DNA of 64,000 nucleotides from contig JAUFOQ010000013.1 of the NCBI GenBank assembly GCA_040285855.1, positions 1,736,001 through 1,800,000 of the forward strand, read 5' to 3'. Both the position numbers and the translations under genes were made by a program. This document shows, piece by piece, positions 60,114 through 64,000 of this stretch (positions are counted from its first letter, which is position 1; each line of letters starts with the position of its first letter). The notes under the pieces were generated by a model, which saw only the letters and a program-made list of their open reading frames with translations, searched no databases and was not told where the DNA came from. The DNA comes from Eukaryota sp. GEM-RC1. Its lineage: Eukaryota.

Positions 60114-60989
60114 AATAGAGTCTTTCAAGAAATCCTTGTATGTAGATGTACTTGGACTGAGTCACTATTCAAATGTGAATACGGTCCCAAAGATGTTGGG
60201 AAGAAGCAGAGAGCATACACAACGTATTGATATAGGATGAATGAAATCATCAAATAAGACAAAGACTTTTGTGAATGTGGTGTGAATACTGCATTGTCAT
60301 TGTCAAGAGAACGAGAGCAGCATGGCTTTAAAGTGGAGTTGTTGACTTTATATTGGAAACTGTGCCATGAGAGATGGAGGATAGGTCACGTATCTTTTTG
60401 ACCTATGTGTTTAAAAGGCGGTACATCCCTTTTCTCATTGAAAATCTAGTGTTCTTGTGACGATCTCTTTGCCGCCCCAGTCGTAACTCTCTGAGTAATG
60501 GCGAATCGGCTCAACTGAAGGACACACTAATTCAACAACTGTACTGCATCGTTGATCAATGCATTCTCTCGCTCTTTGTTTCTCAAACTGAGTTGAATGC
60601 TCAATGAGTACTATACACTCAATTCTTGTCTATATGTGTTCATATCTTCGAAATAAATACCCTTTCCCATCATAGTGGCAGTTCGTATATCCAATCTCAC
60701 ATTCAGTTTCTGTTTAGTTATTTCCTGACCATTCTGTCAATTTTTTTGGGGATAGGCTAAATACACACCCCCACCTGTGCGTTTCACTTCAAATGGATAT
60801 TCTCATTTTTTCCCGTTTTTTTCCCCATTCTTCAACATAAACATTTGTCTTGCTTTCATGAACACGGTGACCTTATAATCCGTCTTCTCCATCAGGATAC
60901 ATCCTTATCCAACATCCATCACCACCAGAGTTGTTTGAGCCGAATCGAACCTATAATTCGATGCTGGGCTCAGCTTATGAGTCATTCTA

Positions 60990-61525
60990 ACCTGTCTCGC
61001 GAGTGGTATTGATTACGAAGAACGTAAACGTCACACCGTTATTGCTGTGTTGTCTGACAATCTCTTCCCTTCTTCAGTAACAACCGACGTGGTTTGCACC
61101 TTAACTGTCCCGCTCTACTTCTGTTACTACATCTAGATGTTACTCTTTGTTTTCATGAATAAATTCTCTTCCTTTTTTGCCTGCGTTTCTTTCATCGGTC
61201 TCCTGTGTTGGAAACTGCTCTACATCATCACTGTGGTATCAAATACACGATATTACCTCCTTACACTCCAGAAAATAATCCAATCGAAAATTTCTTCAAG
61301 CAGTTTAGAAACAGAGTAACAGATACCTCTTTTGATCATCCACCATCAAATATGAACGAAACATTGCGAATTTTGCAACGTGTTCTTGTGGCAATGAAAT
61401 TTGATTGTACAGCTATTTTTAGAAGGTCAGGATGGAAACAATATGAGTATTTCAATTCGCCGTATTTAGATAGTGACCGTTTTGTCAGCCAATCAGTGTT
61501 GGGACCCATTTCAAACATTCCATAA
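60990..61525 (+). pseudogene. Degenerate IS630/Tc1 (DDE_3) transposase C-terminal part
   Basis: KRHTVIAVLS and YTILPPYTPENNPIENFF (LPPYSPELNPIE motif). Confidence 0.75.
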
Positions 61526-61606
61526 ATACCTATTATTGTTTCACAATTAGTTTCTGTAAATTTGTGGTTATCAGCAATTCGAAAAATTTAAATTAAAGAA
61601 GATTTA

Positions 61607-62437
61607 TTATGGGAATTGCTCCAAAAGCATATGAGTATTATCTAGTCGTTCCTCAACTTCTCGAAATACTTTCTTTGCTGCACGTCCGAAACAAGCAACT
61701 GACGATGGCCTCTTTCTTGACGAAAGCATAAAATTAGCCATGCGACGAAAGAGATCCAGCCGTTGTGTATTCTCAAAGTCATTTCGTTCTTTAGTCATTC
61801 TAACCATTTCTCCTGAAAGAAACTGAACGAGAAGGTCATGCTCCTCCAATGTGTCCTCAACGAGTAACTTGTTGGCAGTCGTGGAAAAGAGTGATTCCAA
61901 TTGTTCGGGAATTTTTGTCGACACTGATTTGTTCAAAGAGCAAAGTTCTGCCCACCTTTCCCAAACAGCATCAGCGGCTATCAATCCTGGATTAGCTTCT
62001 TTGAGATCTTGAGCTGACACTTTGAGCAGAGCTTGATGTACTACTTCCTTCTCACTTTCCTCATATTGTTGCTTTGAAACGTTAGAAGGATAGACTTTGA
62101 CAAAGAAGGATGTTACCATATCATTTCCTTTCTTTAGCCAGGAGCCCAATTTGGATGGATTGTCAGTCCAGTGTCTGTTCTTTGGAGAATACTCAATTGT
62201 CAATAAAGAGTCTTGGTGGACAAACTTCTTTAGTTTTTCAGCCGTAGCGTGATAATCAGCGGTAATCATTGCATTCAAGGAAGATAAGAGCACTGAATGA
62301 TCTTCGTTTGGCATAACGCAATAGTGCAGCAGCTTGGATGTGTTATTCAGAATTCTCTTACCCCCTTTGATGCCAAAATAGGCTATAGTTACTCGAACTT
62401 GATCTGTTGTTGAAGGTGTTGAGTTAAAGGCAAACAT
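61607..62437 (-). CDS. Intact 276-aa orphan ORF inside the TIR element, convergent with the transposase
   Basis: Uninterrupted ORF with ATG start; AVWERWAELC..IPEQLESLF segment; no family recognised with confidence. Confidence 0.6.
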   Translation of the reverse strand: MFAFNSTPSTTDQVRVTIAYFGIKGGKRILNNTSKLLHYCVMPNEDHSVLLSSLNAMITADYHATAEKLKKFVHQDSLLTIEYSPKNRHWTDNPSKLGSWLKKGNDMVTSFFVKVYPSNVSKQQYEESEKEVVHQALLKVSAQDLKEANPGLIAADAVWERWAELCSLNKSVSTKIPEQLESLFSTTANKLLVEDTLEEHDLLVQFLSGEMVRMTKERNDFENTQRLDLFRRMANFMLSSRKRPSSVACFGRAAKKVFREVEERLDNTHMLLEQFP

Positions 62438-64000
62438 TCAAGTGGTGCAGGCAAACAGAAGTGAAATTCACAAATGACAAACACATCAGATTGTTATCTT
62501 GACCAGTGTTTTCAATGACTTGACTCAGGTCAAGTTTGTAGTTTTGAGCAGACCATATCTTCTAGTATAATGACAAATCTTTATAAGAAATCACAGAAAC
62601 ACACTACAAGACCGATACTTAATCATCCTCACCACGCATGACAAATACTTCATCATCGTTTTCGATATCATGATGAGTCAGTTGATGGTTTGGATCTGTA
62701 TAAAATCAAGAGAACAATCAAATGATCAATTACAATGGATTACGCGAAATGGAAGACAGAGTAATACAGATATCAATGTCAGATATGCTTTAGCCGAAAG
62801 ACAGCACGTACAAAAGACACGTAGGTCGTCTTGCTTATGCAGAAAATGGATGTCCAATGTTCGATGAACATCTCATTATAGTAAGAAGGATATGTATGAA
62901 GATTGAGGTCATAAGAATGAGTCTAATGGGGTCTAAGACAGACATATATGGGATACACCTCCTCTAGAAGGTATCCTGTCAAGTAACCACGTTCCAACAT
63001 CCATGAAACTAGTCTACAAGGACGATTTCGAGGTTTGGGTTGTTTGGAAAGTCTTTGGGAAAAAGAGAAAAATGGGACAAAAGAATTCCCGTATTATCCG
63101 TTTGAAGTGAAACGCACAGACGGACGACATTTTCTTTCTCGCACAACAATTCTTTTCCTTGGTTGCCGTTGTTCTCTCCATCTACTTTCCTTGCAAACAT
63201 AGACTTTCCTTTATTGATATTGTTATACATTATGTTATCTCATCTGTTTCTTTCTTCTTTCCTCTGTAATAGTAATTGCTTATTGTTCTCACTATTTCCT
63301 CGTTGTTCTTAGCGGCATTCACTATTTCAGGTTTTGAACTCGTAAATTGAGATCCTACTTTTCTTCGACAACAGCTTGATAGGTATTCCTAAGTGCCCCT
63401 GTGGATGATAGTCATCAGTAAGTAGTCAACAGCATGGCTAGGGCTTTTAAGAAACAAGCCTGACACATTTGACGTACCGATAGACATCACTTCTCAAAAA
63501 GGAAGTTATCAGCTTTCAATGGAAGACTACAAACTTGAATTTAATAAATTGCAACGTACATCATAATTAAAGTCAGTTGTTGTACCTGGTGTATGGACAG
63601 TATGATCTGCATGATATAAGACACATTTATCTGCATCAATGAACCAAACATGTTCTACTCTTTCTGCTAACTTCTCCATGAGTCAAATGTGGGAAGCAGG
63701 TGTCACAGGGCAATCTTACAGTAACTAGAGTATCAATAAATTTCCGTTGTCTTCTGATCATAGAGCGATAGGTCACAATGTCTGAGCTCTGGGAAAGAGT
63801 TGTAATAAAATGGAAGCCAATATATTAATGCTTGCTGAACACGTTCGCTTAAGTAAACACTACTCCTAAAAGAAAACACAGAGTGTAATGCATTGAGGAA
63901 AACATGTACGGGATAGATGGATTGAGATAAGAAGGAATCAATCAGGGGAAGAATTGTTGTGTCAAGAAAAAATTGTCGTCCGTGGGGGTGTGTATTTAGC

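Larger units (their letters stand above)
60755..64000. mobile_element. IS630/Tc1-like TIR element of at least 3.2 kb; right end at the window edge
   Basis: GCTAAATACACACCCCCAC (60756-60774) is the exact reverse complement of 63982-64000. TA precedes the left end. Confidence 0.82.

Noticed and set aside
61607..62437. Fanzor/TnpB nuclease as ORF2 of the TIR element
   Set aside because: No RuvC D/E/D motifs or CxxC zinc finger are visible.

Overview
AT-rich nuclear DNA from a microbial eukaryote, using the standard genetic code and tiny (29-55 nt) GT-AG spliceosomal introns. The intron style suggests a metamonad-like protist, which is inference only. Housekeeping genes: glycogen phosphorylase, two GRP94/HSP90B1 copies, SEM1/DSS1, UFD2 U-box E4 ligase, a divergent MIF4G protein, a DUF2828-like vWA protein, a HAD-like protein and a CPA1 Na+/H+ exchanger. 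Large-scale structure: a 5-copy tandem array of a secreted Cys-motif protein, a ~5.2 kb inverted duplication, and a ~4.2-4.7 kb direct duplication of a Crinkler-like NTPase gene that exactly brackets a CRE-like retroelement. Mobile DNA: fragments of about five CRE-like (RLE) non-LTR lineages, a Ty3/Gypsy element with 120-bp LTRs, hAT and pogo/Tc1-type MITEs, and an IS630/Tc1-like element with an intact second ORF. The most unusual signals are a branch-point A fixed at -7 in all seven distinct introns, and an orphan gene with a duplicated Arg-rich motif followed directly by a four-hairpin array. Several single-base frameshifts fall in homopolymers and are probably long-read errors. All family calls come from motif recognition by eye; no searches were run.
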